Origin: an uncultured Candidatus Poseidoniales archaeon
GTDB taxonomy: Archaea; Thermoplasmatota; Poseidoniia; Poseidoniales; Poseidoniaceae
Length of the DNA: 64,000 nt
NCBI GenBank assembly: GCA_902625885.1
Contig: CACODE010000002.1
Coordinates: 8,454-72,453 of the forward strand
Direction of reading: 5' to 3'
Part shown: one piece after another, positions 27,399-36,380 of the stretch
Position numbering within the stretch: the first letter of the stretch is position 1
How the letters are laid out: every line of letters starts with the position of its first letter
Made by a program: the position numbers and the translations under genes
Notes under the pieces: model-generated
The model's database searches: none
What the model saw: only the letters and a program-made list of their open reading frames with translations
Told to the model about the DNA's origin: nothing

Positions 27399-28402
27399 GG
27401 TTCGCAAAACAAATCGGCACCAAGCAGCGGCAACAGAAGACTGGCATCGCCTTCAACGCAAACATGCGGCGCCTCTGGCCGCATTTTCCCCCACGAAATG
27501 GCCTCCCGCAGACGGGCGCCCGAAAGGCTACCATCGTGTTCTGGCGCCGTTGTGATGTACACGGCGCTGTCAAGGCCGCCTCTGTACTGGTTCCACCATA
27601 TTACGTGATGTTTGGAAATGCCCCCCCCGATCATCAGGGCGTTTGAGGTCGCCACGTCCCAAGTGATGTCGCTCATGATTTGCTCATCTGCGAGCGTGTC
27701 CAGGTGGAAATCACGGTACTTTTGACGGAACATGAAGAGTTGGGCTCCAATGGAACCGTCCGTTATGCCGGGAATGCAAACAGGAATGTTGTGTTTGGCA
27801 GCCCAATAAATCAACGTGTCAGGGGTTCCTATACGCTTGCCGAGTTCCCATACAAGATGAATTGAACCAAAACCTATCCAGGCGTCAGCACCGGTCTTTC
27901 CCGTCTCCTTCAGCCGGTCCTGATAGATGTCCTCAAGCACAGGAAGCACGACAGCTTCCAGAATTTCGCCGTAGGAGGCGTTGGGGACAATGACGTTTCC
28001 AAGACGCATCAAATGATGTTCACCGAGTTCAATGTCGTCCAATTCAAAGGACCCGTGATAGTAGTGTTTGAAGGCCCGGGCGATGTCGTGGTCAAGGGTT
28101 CCGCAGGTCGTCGAAACCACGTTGAACATCTTCCGTTTGATGGCCTCGACAAAGAAGCCACGGGTTCCTGTAGCGCAGAGGCAGGCTGGAAACGAAAGCC
28201 AATTGGTCACCTTGTCAGGGTTGGCGTCTACCGCCTCCGATTGGGCCCTCATGTCAGCGAGAATGGTTCGCGCTTCTGCAAGTTTCGTGGCTGTAAAACC
28301 GCCCGCTTTGGCCATCTGATCGATAAGGGCGCCGGGCGTTGCTGCCTTGGTAAAATCGTAGTCCTCAACGGGAACATCGAACGCTTCGGGATCCACTGCC
28401 AT
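27386..28402 (-). CDS. dys: Deoxyhypusine synthase
   Basis: STTCGTLDHDI, GGGISKHHVIWWN and EAISWGK motifs, 338 aa. Confidence 0.9.
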   Translation of the reverse strand: MAVDPEAFDVPVEDYDFTKAATPGALIDQMAKAGGFTATKLAEARTILADMRAQSEAVDANPDKVTNWLSFPACLCATGTRGFFVEAIKRKMFNVVSTTCGTLDHDIARAFKHYYHGSFELDDIELGEHHLMRLGNVIVPNASYGEILEAVVLPVLEDIYQDRLKETGKTGADAWIGFGSIHLVWELGKRIGTPDTLIYWAAKHNIPVCIPGITDGSIGAQLFMFRQKYRDFHLDTLADEQIMSDITWDVATSNALMIGGGISKHHVIWWNQYRGGLDSAVYITTAPEHDGSLSGARLREAISWGKMRPEAPHVCVEGDASLLLPLLGADLFCEPYSA

Positions 28403-28453
28403 GCCCCGACCTCGCGGCCGTGCTTCATGAAGGTCGCCCTCGGAAGTTGTCGC

Positions 28454-30883
28454 TCACTCCGTCCAATGTTCAAGCTCGTGGATTCGATCCCGGAGACGCG
28501 CGGCTTGCTCGAAATCAAGCTCTTTGGCCGCCTCGTTCATCGCTTTGCGCAATTCTTCAATCAATGTCCCGCGCTCTTCGGCCGTGAGGTTGGCCACGAC
28601 CTCATCCGGCTCGTCATAAGTCAATTCAGAATTTGAATTTCTAATTGGATTTTCGCCTTTTTCAGTTGCGCCCCAAGCACCGGCACCGAGGCGTAGGCGT
28701 TGCGCCCAATCGCCGTCCTTCCTCCCGCCCTTTTTGGCGATGAGGCGCCGCTTGCCGTCTGCTGAAGTTGTCGTGCCGCTGATCGTGGCGTTTTCTGTCT
28801 CACCCATCACGGGCAAGGCCTTGACGATGGTCTTGGGCGTGATGCCCAGCGCTTCGTTGTTGGCTTCCTGACGTTGTCGACGCTCCAACGTCTGCCGAAT
28901 GGCAGCTTCCATCGCAGGTGAAAACCCGTCGGCGTAAAGCAGCACCTTGCCGTCTTGGTTGCGAGCCGCTCGTCCGATGGTCTGGAGAAGGCTGCGCTCG
29001 TTTCGAAGGAAGCCTTGGCGATCGGCGTCGAAAATGGCCACTAAACTGACCTCGGGGATGTCGAGACCCTCTCGTAGCAGGTTGATGCCCACGATGACAT
29101 CGATATGCCCCAGTCGCAGAGCGTTGATGATTTCCGTCCGTTCGATGGTGTCAATTTCAGAGTGGAGATGGTGGGCCTTTACACCCATTCTGTTGAGATA
29201 AGCGGCGACTTCTTCTGCAAATTTTATGGTCATCACCGTGACGAGGCATCGCTGTTTTTGCTCGATGCGTTGGTTGATTTCCGTCAGCAAATCGTTGACC
29301 TGCCCTGCCGTTGGTCGCACTTCAATCTCCGGGTCCAACAGCCCCGTGGGCCGAAGTTCCATCTTCGCAATGCCCCCGATGCTCTGGAGCATATCGTACA
29401 TCGATTCAGCTTCTGGGTGTTTCTTGCGCAAATCGGGCTCGCCCGCACCGCCTCCGGACGGGGAATGCAGCAAACCGTTGGGAACGGTTTGACCGGTGAC
29501 CTCGCACAAATGGCGCAATTCACGCTCGCCCGGCGTGGCCGATACGTAGACCATTTGCGGCACCAGGCTCTGAAACTCCGGGAGTTTCAACGGACGGTTA
29601 TCTGCAGCCGTAGGCAAGCGGAAACCGTGCGTGATGAGGCTCTCCTTTCGGGACCTGTCACCGTGGTACATGCCACCCACCTGAGGCAGGCTGACGTGGG
29701 ACTCGTCCATGATGACAAGGTAGCGTTTCGGGTCCCCGTGGAATTGATTCGCACACGCTGCAAAGAAGTCAAGCAAGCAATAAGGCCGTTGCTCCGGTTC
29801 TCGCCCGTCAAAGTGCAACGAGTAGTTTTCAACCGACTGGCAATGACCGATCTCTCGAAGCATTTCAAGATCGTATTCCGTCTTTTGCTCGAGGCGATAC
29901 CGTTCAAGCTCCTTCCCTTGTTGGGCGAACCACTTGCTTCGCTCGTTGAGTTCCTCCTCAATGGACTCCAACGCAGCTTCGAACCTTTCGGGGCTCGTCA
30001 TGAAGAATTCTTTTGGGTGAATCCATGCTTCTTCCAGTGTATCGAGTGCTTCCCAGGAGACCGGGTCGCAAATTTGAATGCTCTTGATACCGTCAAAATC
30101 AAACACGATTCTGAGCGGATCGTCCCTGCTCGGCATCCAGATGTCCACCACTTCACCACGAACCCTGCACTCCCCGCGATTCAAATCCGATGTTGTACGC
30201 CGGTACTGCAGTTCAATCAATTCTCTAAGCAAATCGCTTGTCTCGATGTTCTGACCGACATGACACCTGAGGTGGTGCTCGAGGAAGGTCTCGGGTGGAT
30301 TGAGCCCGTAAATGCACGAAACCGATGAAACAACCACGCAATCCGGCCTTGAGACAAGGGAGGCGACTGCAGCGAAGCGCTCTTGTTCAATGCGTTCGTT
30401 GATGCTCAACTCCTTGTCAATGTAGAGGTCTCTTTTGGCGAGATAGGCTTCAGGCTGGTAGTAATCGTAGTGCGAAACGAAATATTCCACGGCGTTGTCG
30501 GGGAAATAACCCACCATTTCTTGATGAAGTTGCCGAGCGAGCGTTTTGTTGTGACTCATAATGAGCGTGGGGATGTTCAACCGCTGAATGATGTGCGCCA
30601 TGGCAAAAGTCTTCCCGCTACCGGTGACACCCAACAAGACGCACCGCTCTTGACCATTTTCCAATTGGGAAATTAATTTTTCAATTGCTTTTGGTTGGTC
30701 ACCAGCGGGTTGGAATTCGGCGTCCAAGCGAAACCGCTTGATCGACGGGTTGAGTTCGTCCATCGCTGCGCCGTCAAGCGCTTTTGAGAGGTCAAACGGG
30801 TTTCGTTGCGTCAAGTCAACATCGCCAAGCGGCTGATCGGCGAGCGACTCAAACGAACCTTCGTCGTCCCAATCGTCCACCAT
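28454..30883 (-). CDS. uvrB: Excinuclease ABC subunit B
   Basis: GVTGSGKTF Walker A, DESH box, helicase motifs, and a C-terminal UVR domain (EELRKAMNEAAKELDFEQAARLRDRIHELE). At 809 aa it is longer than typical, with an N-terminal extension and a longer linker. Confidence 0.9.
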   Translation of the reverse strand: MVDDWDDEGSFESLADQPLGDVDLTQRNPFDLSKALDGAAMDELNPSIKRFRLDAEFQPAGDQPKAIEKLISQLENGQERCVLLGVTGSGKTFAMAHIIQRLNIPTLIMSHNKTLARQLHQEMVGYFPDNAVEYFVSHYDYYQPEAYLAKRDLYIDKELSINERIEQERFAAVASLVSRPDCVVVSSVSCIYGLNPPETFLEHHLRCHVGQNIETSDLLRELIELQYRRTTSDLNRGECRVRGEVVDIWMPSRDDPLRIVFDFDGIKSIQICDPVSWEALDTLEEAWIHPKEFFMTSPERFEAALESIEEELNERSKWFAQQGKELERYRLEQKTEYDLEMLREIGHCQSVENYSLHFDGREPEQRPYCLLDFFAACANQFHGDPKRYLVIMDESHVSLPQVGGMYHGDRSRKESLITHGFRLPTAADNRPLKLPEFQSLVPQMVYVSATPGERELRHLCEVTGQTVPNGLLHSPSGGGAGEPDLRKKHPEAESMYDMLQSIGGIAKMELRPTGLLDPEIEVRPTAGQVNDLLTEINQRIEQKQRCLVTVMTIKFAEEVAAYLNRMGVKAHHLHSEIDTIERTEIINALRLGHIDVIVGINLLREGLDIPEVSLVAIFDADRQGFLRNERSLLQTIGRAARNQDGKVLLYADGFSPAMEAAIRQTLERRQRQEANNEALGITPKTIVKALPVMGETENATISGTTTSADGKRRLIAKKGGRKDGDWAQRLRLGAGAWGATEKGENPIRNSNSELTYDEPDEVVANLTAEERGTLIEELRKAMNEAAKELDFEQAARLRDRIHELEHWTE

Positions 30884-30908
30884 AGCATCACCGACGTCAG
30901 TGGTTGAA

Positions 30909-31640
30909 CTAGGGGAGATAAAGTCCCCCGTTTACGTGAAGGATAGCCCCGGTGATGTACGATGAATCGGGGCCGACAAGAAACGAAACCGTAGCAGCCA
31001 TGTCCTCTGGGGACCCGACACGTTGGAGGGGAACCTCCATCTCGCGCTGTTGGCGCTTCTTGGCGCTGTCGCCGGCGAGGATGTCGGTATCGACGTAGCC
31101 AGGTGCCAGAATGTTCACGCGTTTGCCTTCCGGCCCCACGGACTGCGCTAACGAACGCGCCCATGTTGACAACGCAGCCTTTGAGGCGGCGTAGTCGGCG
31201 CCGTGAGGGGACCCTCTCGTGCCCAATTGTGAGCCAACCACCACCATTCTGGCATGGGCCGTAAGGTGCGGTTGAACGGCTTTCCAAACCGCTACGGCGC
31301 CTTCAAAGTTCGTCCTCATGGTCGCTGCCAAGTCGTCCATGGTCATCTCGTGACCTTGCACGCGATTGTAGATGCCGTGGTTAAGGACAAGCACGTCGAT
31401 GCCTCGCTCCATCCAAGGGTGACCGGCCAGAAGGCCCACTTCGCCCAGGTCAGCACAGTCAACCTTGACGGCAAGGGCGTCATCTCCACGCTCGCGTATG
31501 GCATCGACGATCATCTCGGCAGGTTTTGACGATTGGTTGTACGTGAGAAGGACATCGTAGCCGTCAGAAGCCAACCGGTCGGATATAGCGGCACCTATGC
31601 CCCGGCCGCCCCCTGTCACCAGCGCTACTGGACGGCTCAT
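30909..31640 (-). CDS. Short-chain dehydrogenase/reductase (FabG-like)
   Basis: VALVTGGGRGIGAAI, NHGI, and YAASKAAL catalytic YxxxK. Confidence 0.8.
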   Translation of the reverse strand: MSRPVALVTGGGRGIGAAISDRLASDGYDVLLTYNQSSKPAEMIVDAIRERGDDALAVKVDCADLGEVGLLAGHPWMERGIDVLVLNHGIYNRVQGHEMTMDDLAATMRTNFEGAVAVWKAVQPHLTAHARMVVVGSQLGTRGSPHGADYAASKAALSTWARSLAQSVGPEGKRVNILAPGYVDTDILAGDSAKKRQQREMEVPLQRVGSPEDMAATVSFLVGPDSSYITGAILHVNGGLYLP

Positions 31641-31683
31641 GCGAAAGGCTCACCCTCATTGTTCATGAAACCATGTGAATCGC

Positions 31684-32073
31684 TCATTGGTCCGAGGACG
31701 GTAAGAATTGAGCCAAGTTGGGTGGTTGCCAACCCTCGGGTTTGAGCACTTTCCCGTCCTCTCGACGGAGGACCTTACCGTCCACCAACTTGGCCATGTT
31801 GGACCGGTGCACCTCATTGAAAGCATCGTCGTAAATATTCTGCATGCCGTGGTTGATGATGGTTCCAGCAAGGATGTAGGCAATGTCGGCCAGAGCGTCC
31901 AACACCTCCACCAAATCGCCTGCACGGGCAGCCTCGGCGTATTCCTGCACCTCTTCGGTCAAGAGTTTGATTCGAAGTTCAATCAGTTCGTCAGGACCAA
32001 GTCCTGGCGTGTCAAGTTTTGGAATCTCAAAGGCTTGATTGAATTCAAGCAGCGAAGCAACGATGGGGTTCAT
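31684..32073 (-). CDS. MazG-like nucleotide pyrophosphohydrolase family protein
   Basis: ELRIKLLTEEVQEYAEA...EVLDALADIAYI EExxE/D-type helices, 129 aa. Confidence 0.6.
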   Translation of the reverse strand: MNPIVASLLEFNQAFEIPKLDTPGLGPDELIELRIKLLTEEVQEYAEAARAGDLVEVLDALADIAYILAGTIINHGMQNIYDDAFNEVHRSNMAKLVDGKVLRREDGKVLKPEGWQPPNLAQFLPSSDQ

Positions 32074-32141
32074 AGCCCCTGTTTCTCAAGTCGGCTCAAG
32101 AACCTTCACCACGTCAACCTCGAGACGAGGAACTGGAGGCA

Positions 32142-33062
32142 TCAATCGATGGCAAGACCCGCTGGTTCAACAGCGAACCCGTAGACCAAAGCGGCCAGAA
32201 GCACCCACCCCGTGAGCATGGAGACCCGAAACAGCACCGTTTGAAAATCGGCGAAACTGTTCATTCGAAGCACAACGAAGATGTTGGCCAGCGCCATGCC
32301 TGCGGCGGCCGCAAGAAACCAGATGCCGTCCATCGGGTCGGCAACGGCAAAACAAGCGAACCAAAGGAGGGAAAGCTGGACGGTCGTGCGCGTGGTGGCC
32401 GCTTCGCCGAATGCGGACGGGAAGGAATGGATGCCTTGTTCTTGGTCGCTTTCCATGTCCATGCGTGCGTAGTTGATATCAAAAGCCGCAATCCACAGCG
32501 CTACGCCAATGGAAATGGGCAGGATGGTCGGCGCCCAGAGAAACTCACTACCGATTGAGAGGTTTCCCGTTAAGGCACCCCAGCCGTGAACATCAGCAGC
32601 AATGGCCACCCAAGCACCGGCTGGAGCGAGGCCCAGGCAAAGCCCAAGCCAGAAATGGCACCCCCACGTGAAGCGCTTCATGTACGGGTAAATCACGAAC
32701 GTGAGAACGGGCAGCCAAGCCATCATCAAAGCCACCCTGTTCAGCAGGCCGGCGCTGATGAGGAGCATCGCAAGGAACACGGCTGCGAGGGTCCAAGCTG
32801 TTTGCATGCTCATGCTGCCAGAGGCGAGGTGCCGCCCCTGCGTGCGAGGGTTGGCAGCGTCAATGTCTCGGTCAATAATTCGGTTCAGGGCCATCGCCAA
32901 CCCTCGGGCACCGACCGCAGCCAGCAAAATCCACAGAAGATCGATTCCAGGGTCAAGACCAAACTCTCTCAACGCGATGAAATAGCCCATCAGGACGAAC
33001 GGAAGCGAAAACAGGGTGTGTTCAACCTTGATGAAGGACAGGACTTGTTTGATGTCCATCAC
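32142..33062 (-). CDS. UbiA-family aromatic prenyltransferase
   Basis: NRIIDRDIDAANPRTQGRHLASG first Asp-rich motif, 8-9 TM segments, 4-nt overlap with the upstream UbiD gene. Confidence 0.8.
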   Translation of the reverse strand: MMDIKQVLSFIKVEHTLFSLPFVLMGYFIALREFGLDPGIDLLWILLAAVGARGLAMALNRIIDRDIDAANPRTQGRHLASGSMSMQTAWTLAAVFLAMLLISAGLLNRVALMMAWLPVLTFVIYPYMKRFTWGCHFWLGLCLGLAPAGAWVAIAADVHGWGALTGNLSIGSEFLWAPTILPISIGVALWIAAFDINYARMDMESDQEQGIHSFPSAFGEAATTRTTVQLSLLWFACFAVADPMDGIWFLAAAAGMALANIFVVLRMNSFADFQTVLFRVSMLTGWVLLAALVYGFAVEPAGLAID

Positions 33063-35065
33063 TCAGGGCCCCCAAATGAGAGGTGGGGCGGCCATTCGTA
33101 TTTACTGAGTTCGGGGTGGGCGGCAACTTTTGCCAGGGTTTCATCATCGTGCAACGTGACGGCTGGCCACCGGCGAACGCCGTGCTCTTCGGAGGGAATT
33201 GGTGTGGTGGCATCCCAGCAAAGGCGATTTCGGCCCTCGTCAAAGGTGAGACCGCGTCCGACATCGAAGCGAGATGTCAGTTGCCAGAGCAAACGTCGCC
33301 GGGCTTTTTCATGCGTCATGTCAAGATCATCGTTGGTGATGAACAGCCAGCGAAGGTTCCGCTCAGCATCAAGCGCCCAAATGGCGTCCCGTAGCCGGAG
33401 AATATTTTCGATCCGTTCGCTTTCCATAGAGTCATTGCCTTCGTGCTGACCGGTACGCGGGCTGGGCGTTCCTTCAATGCTGGTTGACACCACCAACATG
33501 TTGTTTCGCAGCAATCTCGCTTGCCGAACGCCTGCGATGGCCTCAACGTCCTCCACCTTTTCGAAAGGAACTGAAGCCGAGCCCTGTTGGCGCCATGTTG
33601 GCGTGGGTTGGTTGTAGGACCCCTCAAGAGGTTCATCGGGAGAACGCGGGTCGGTAGCGACAATGGAGGTGGCGTCGATGAGCAGTTTGTCGTGCACGTT
33701 TTCAAACGGCGAGGCGGCTTCGAGAGCATCGGCCACCATCCCTGGCAGAACAATAACGTCCTGACCGATCTCCACCTTGTCGTTGAGGGCGTCGAGGAAA
33801 GCCTCGAGATCCTTTGGGTTTTGATCAGGGTCCACAGCAGCGATGATTTTCAGGAACATCATTTGGCCGGCACCCAACAATCCCAAGGCGGTTTTCCGAC
33901 CTTGCCGAGGGTAGCGTTGTTTGGAAGAGACAATGGCCAGGTTGTGGAAGCCCGTTTCGAGCGGGAGGTGGACGCTTCGTACGTCTCGATGTTGAAACTG
34001 AAGAACAGGCGAAAATTGGCGCCCGATGGCCTCGCCGAGGTACCCGTCTTCCATCGGCGGCAGACCAACGATGGTTGCAGGAAGGATGGCGTCCGAGCGG
34101 CACGTGATGGCGGTGACATGGAGCACGGGGTACTGTCCCGTGAGGGAGTAAAAGCCGTAGTGGTCGCCAAACGGCCCCTCCAGTTTGGTTTCGGTAGGGT
34201 CGCAGTAGCCCTCAATGATGATATCGGCCTCGGCCGGCACCCAGAGGTCTTGGGTGAGGGCTTTGGTGATGGGCAAGGACTTCTGGCCGAGGATGCCAGC
34301 GAATTGGTATTCAGAGAGGTTATCCGGCAGCGGTGAAATTGCCGAGAAGATGAGTTCGGGCGGCCCACCAATGCAAACAGCCACCGGCATGCGCTCGCCT
34401 TTGGCAGCGTGGTCTGCGGCGTGTTTGTGAATCTGCCAGTGCAACCCCAACTCCGTCTCGTTGTGAACCTGCGCCCGATACATACCCAAGTTGTGTTCGC
34501 CGTCCCCGTCTTTGGTGACGACAAGCGGTAGGGTGATGAAGTGACCACCGTCCATCGGCCATGTTTTTGGAATGGGGAGTTTGGTTAGGTCGTTGGGCAA
34601 TCGAACCCGCTGTCCTTTCCCCTTTCGCACCTTCTTAGGTGGCATGGCCAAAGCGTCTCGAAGCAGCGGCAAGCCCTTCCAAGGCTTCCGCATGTAGAGA
34701 CCAATGTCCGGCTTCATCATGGCCACCATGCGGTCGCCAATCTCGGTTTCGTGACTGGCGCCAAGGGCGCGCAGGGTCCGGTCGTGACTGCCAAAGGCGT
34801 TCATTAGAAGCGGGATGGACGAGATCGTGCCGTCGGCCAGCCTCGGCTGTTCAAACAGTACGGCAGGCCCGTCGTTCTTGACCAGCAAATCGGCAATTGC
34901 CCCCGCCTCGTATTCAACATCAACGGGGCGGTCAATTCGGAGAAGTTCATCCCGCTGGTCGAGATGGTTCACCCAACGCCTCAAGGTCCTCCATGCCACG
35001 GCTTGCCCTGTGGCTTCTTGGATTTGAACCTCCGTATGATGGCCGCTTTCAGCCAAGCCGCTCAA
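33059..35065 (-). CDS. UbiD-family (prenyl-FMN-dependent) decarboxylase with a ~180-aa C-terminal extension
   Basis: N-terminal TLRRWVNHLDQRDELLRIDRPVDVEYE, GGHFITLPLVVTKD, HNLGMYR, IIIEGY. 668 aa, against about 490 in typical family members. Confidence 0.8.
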   Translation of the reverse strand: MSGLAESGHHTEVQIQEATGQAVAWRTLRRWVNHLDQRDELLRIDRPVDVEYEAGAIADLLVKNDGPAVLFEQPRLADGTISSIPLLMNAFGSHDRTLRALGASHETEIGDRMVAMMKPDIGLYMRKPWKGLPLLRDALAMPPKKVRKGKGQRVRLPNDLTKLPIPKTWPMDGGHFITLPLVVTKDGDGEHNLGMYRAQVHNETELGLHWQIHKHAADHAAKGERMPVAVCIGGPPELIFSAISPLPDNLSEYQFAGILGQKSLPITKALTQDLWVPAEADIIIEGYCDPTETKLEGPFGDHYGFYSLTGQYPVLHVTAITCRSDAILPATIVGLPPMEDGYLGEAIGRQFSPVLQFQHRDVRSVHLPLETGFHNLAIVSSKQRYPRQGRKTALGLLGAGQMMFLKIIAAVDPDQNPKDLEAFLDALNDKVEIGQDVIVLPGMVADALEAASPFENVHDKLLIDATSIVATDPRSPDEPLEGSYNQPTPTWRQQGSASVPFEKVEDVEAIAGVRQARLLRNNMLVVSTSIEGTPSPRTGQHEGNDSMESERIENILRLRDAIWALDAERNLRWLFITNDDLDMTHEKARRRLLWQLTSRFDVGRGLTFDEGRNRLCWDATTPIPSEEHGVRRWPAVTLHDDETLAKVAAHPELSKYEWPPHLSFGGPE

Positions 35066-35125
35066 AAGGCATCACCGTTGCCTTCATGGGCTTCCATCGC
35101 TTCCTGTGTAGCGGAGGCGGCAAAA

Positions 35126-36346
35126 GTGTACGATGTTGTGGTCATCGGTGCCGGACCCGGTGGGGGTTCAGCGGCGCTCCATGCCGCCCGCGCCGGCCTT
35201 CGTACACTCATTCTCGAGGCAGACCCCGAAATCGGCACGCCCGTTCACTGCGGCGAATGCTTGTCGGAACTCGCCGTGCAAAACCTTGACCTTGAGATAC
35301 CCGACCACGTGAAGGCCTTGGACGTCAAAGGCATACGCGTGATCTTCCCAGACGGCACCGAAAAACTGCTCACCGAAGAGGGCTACGTCCTTGAAAAGCA
35401 TCTCTTCGAACGCTGGTTGGCCGATGAAGCGGTCCAGAAAGGAGCGGATCTGCTGCTTGGCCATCGCGTCCGAGGTATGGAAAGAATTTACAACAGCGAT
35501 AATCGATTTAGCAATTGGAAACTTGAGGGGCGTGGTGAGGGTTTCCCCATCGAGTGCCGCGCCGTAATCGATGCCTCGGGTGTTTCGGGAGCGGCAGCAA
35601 AATTCCTCGACATGGGCGGCGACATCGAGGTCATCGCCGGCTTTCAATACGAACTTAACGATGTCCCAAACGACGGCTATCTGGACTTTTACATCTGGCC
35701 AAAGTACTCGCCTCACGGCTATGTGTGGATGATCCCGAAAGAAGGCGGGCGAGCCAACGTCGGGCTTGTCACGACCGAGAAAAAAGGGGCGCTAAAACAC
35801 CTCGAGGACTTCATTGAAGACACGTACCTCAACAACAAACCCACCGTCAACCCTCCGTGGCGAACCAAGGGCGGCAAAGTAAGGCCGTTTGGCGGCACCA
35901 TACCGATTTCAGGCCCGAGGACGACCACCGTGGGCGATGGCATACTCCTCGTTGGTGATGCCGCAGGCTTCACCTCACCCCTCTTTGAAGGCGGCACTCA
36001 CCTTGCCTTGTGGTCGGGAAGAGAAGCCGCCGTCACGCTGGCCGCCGCCATGAAAGACGGCGATTTGTCAGGCGCTCGACTAAGCGCTTACGAAAAGGCG
36101 TGGAAAAAACGGTTCCCACCGTACCACAAAATCCTGAAAGGCAAAACGGCGCTCTACGAGTTGACCGATGAAGAAATGTCGGCCATGGCGCGTTGCCTTC
36201 CCAACGAGCTTGGGAACATGAGCCCGCTGGACAAGGCGTTTATTGGGCTCAAAATACTCGTTCGCAGGCCCTTGCTGTTCACCAAACGCGTGATTTCTGT
36301 GCTCCTTTCGTTCGGGTATTCCAGAGCGAAATTCTTCGGTTGGTAG
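35126..36346 (+). CDS. Geranylgeranyl reductase family flavoprotein
   Basis: YDVVVIGAGPGGGSAALHAARAG FAD fingerprint, and LLVGDAAGFTSPLFEGG. The track ORF begins at 34964 and overlaps the divergent UbiD start. GTG 35126 (M-YDVVVIGAG) or ATG 35036 are candidates, so the start is uncertain. Confidence 0.75.
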   Translation: MYDVVVIGAGPGGGSAALHAARAGLRTLILEADPEIGTPVHCGECLSELAVQNLDLEIPDHVKALDVKGIRVIFPDGTEKLLTEEGYVLEKHLFERWLADEAVQKGADLLLGHRVRGMERIYNSDNRFSNWKLEGRGEGFPIECRAVIDASGVSGAAAKFLDMGGDIEVIAGFQYELNDVPNDGYLDFYIWPKYSPHGYVWMIPKEGGRANVGLVTTEKKGALKHLEDFIEDTYLNNKPTVNPPWRTKGGKVRPFGGTIPISGPRTTTVGDGILLVGDAAGFTSPLFEGGTHLALWSGREAAVTLAAAMKDGDLSGARLSAYEKAWKKRFPPYHKILKGKTALYELTDEEMSAMARCLPNELGNMSPLDKAFIGLKILVRRPLLFTKRVISVLLSFGYSRAKFFGW

Positions 36347-36380
36347 GCAAAACTTCCCCCGTGGCGGATGAGCAAAGCCC

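Noticed and set aside
29105-30328. 407-aa + strand ORF
   Set aside because: It is antisense to uvrB, whose frame has Walker A, the DESH box and the UVR domain.
33587-34548. 249-aa (+) and 229-aa (-) ORFs inside the UbiD gene
   Set aside because: They are alternative or antisense frames without motifs. The UbiD frame is strongly supported.
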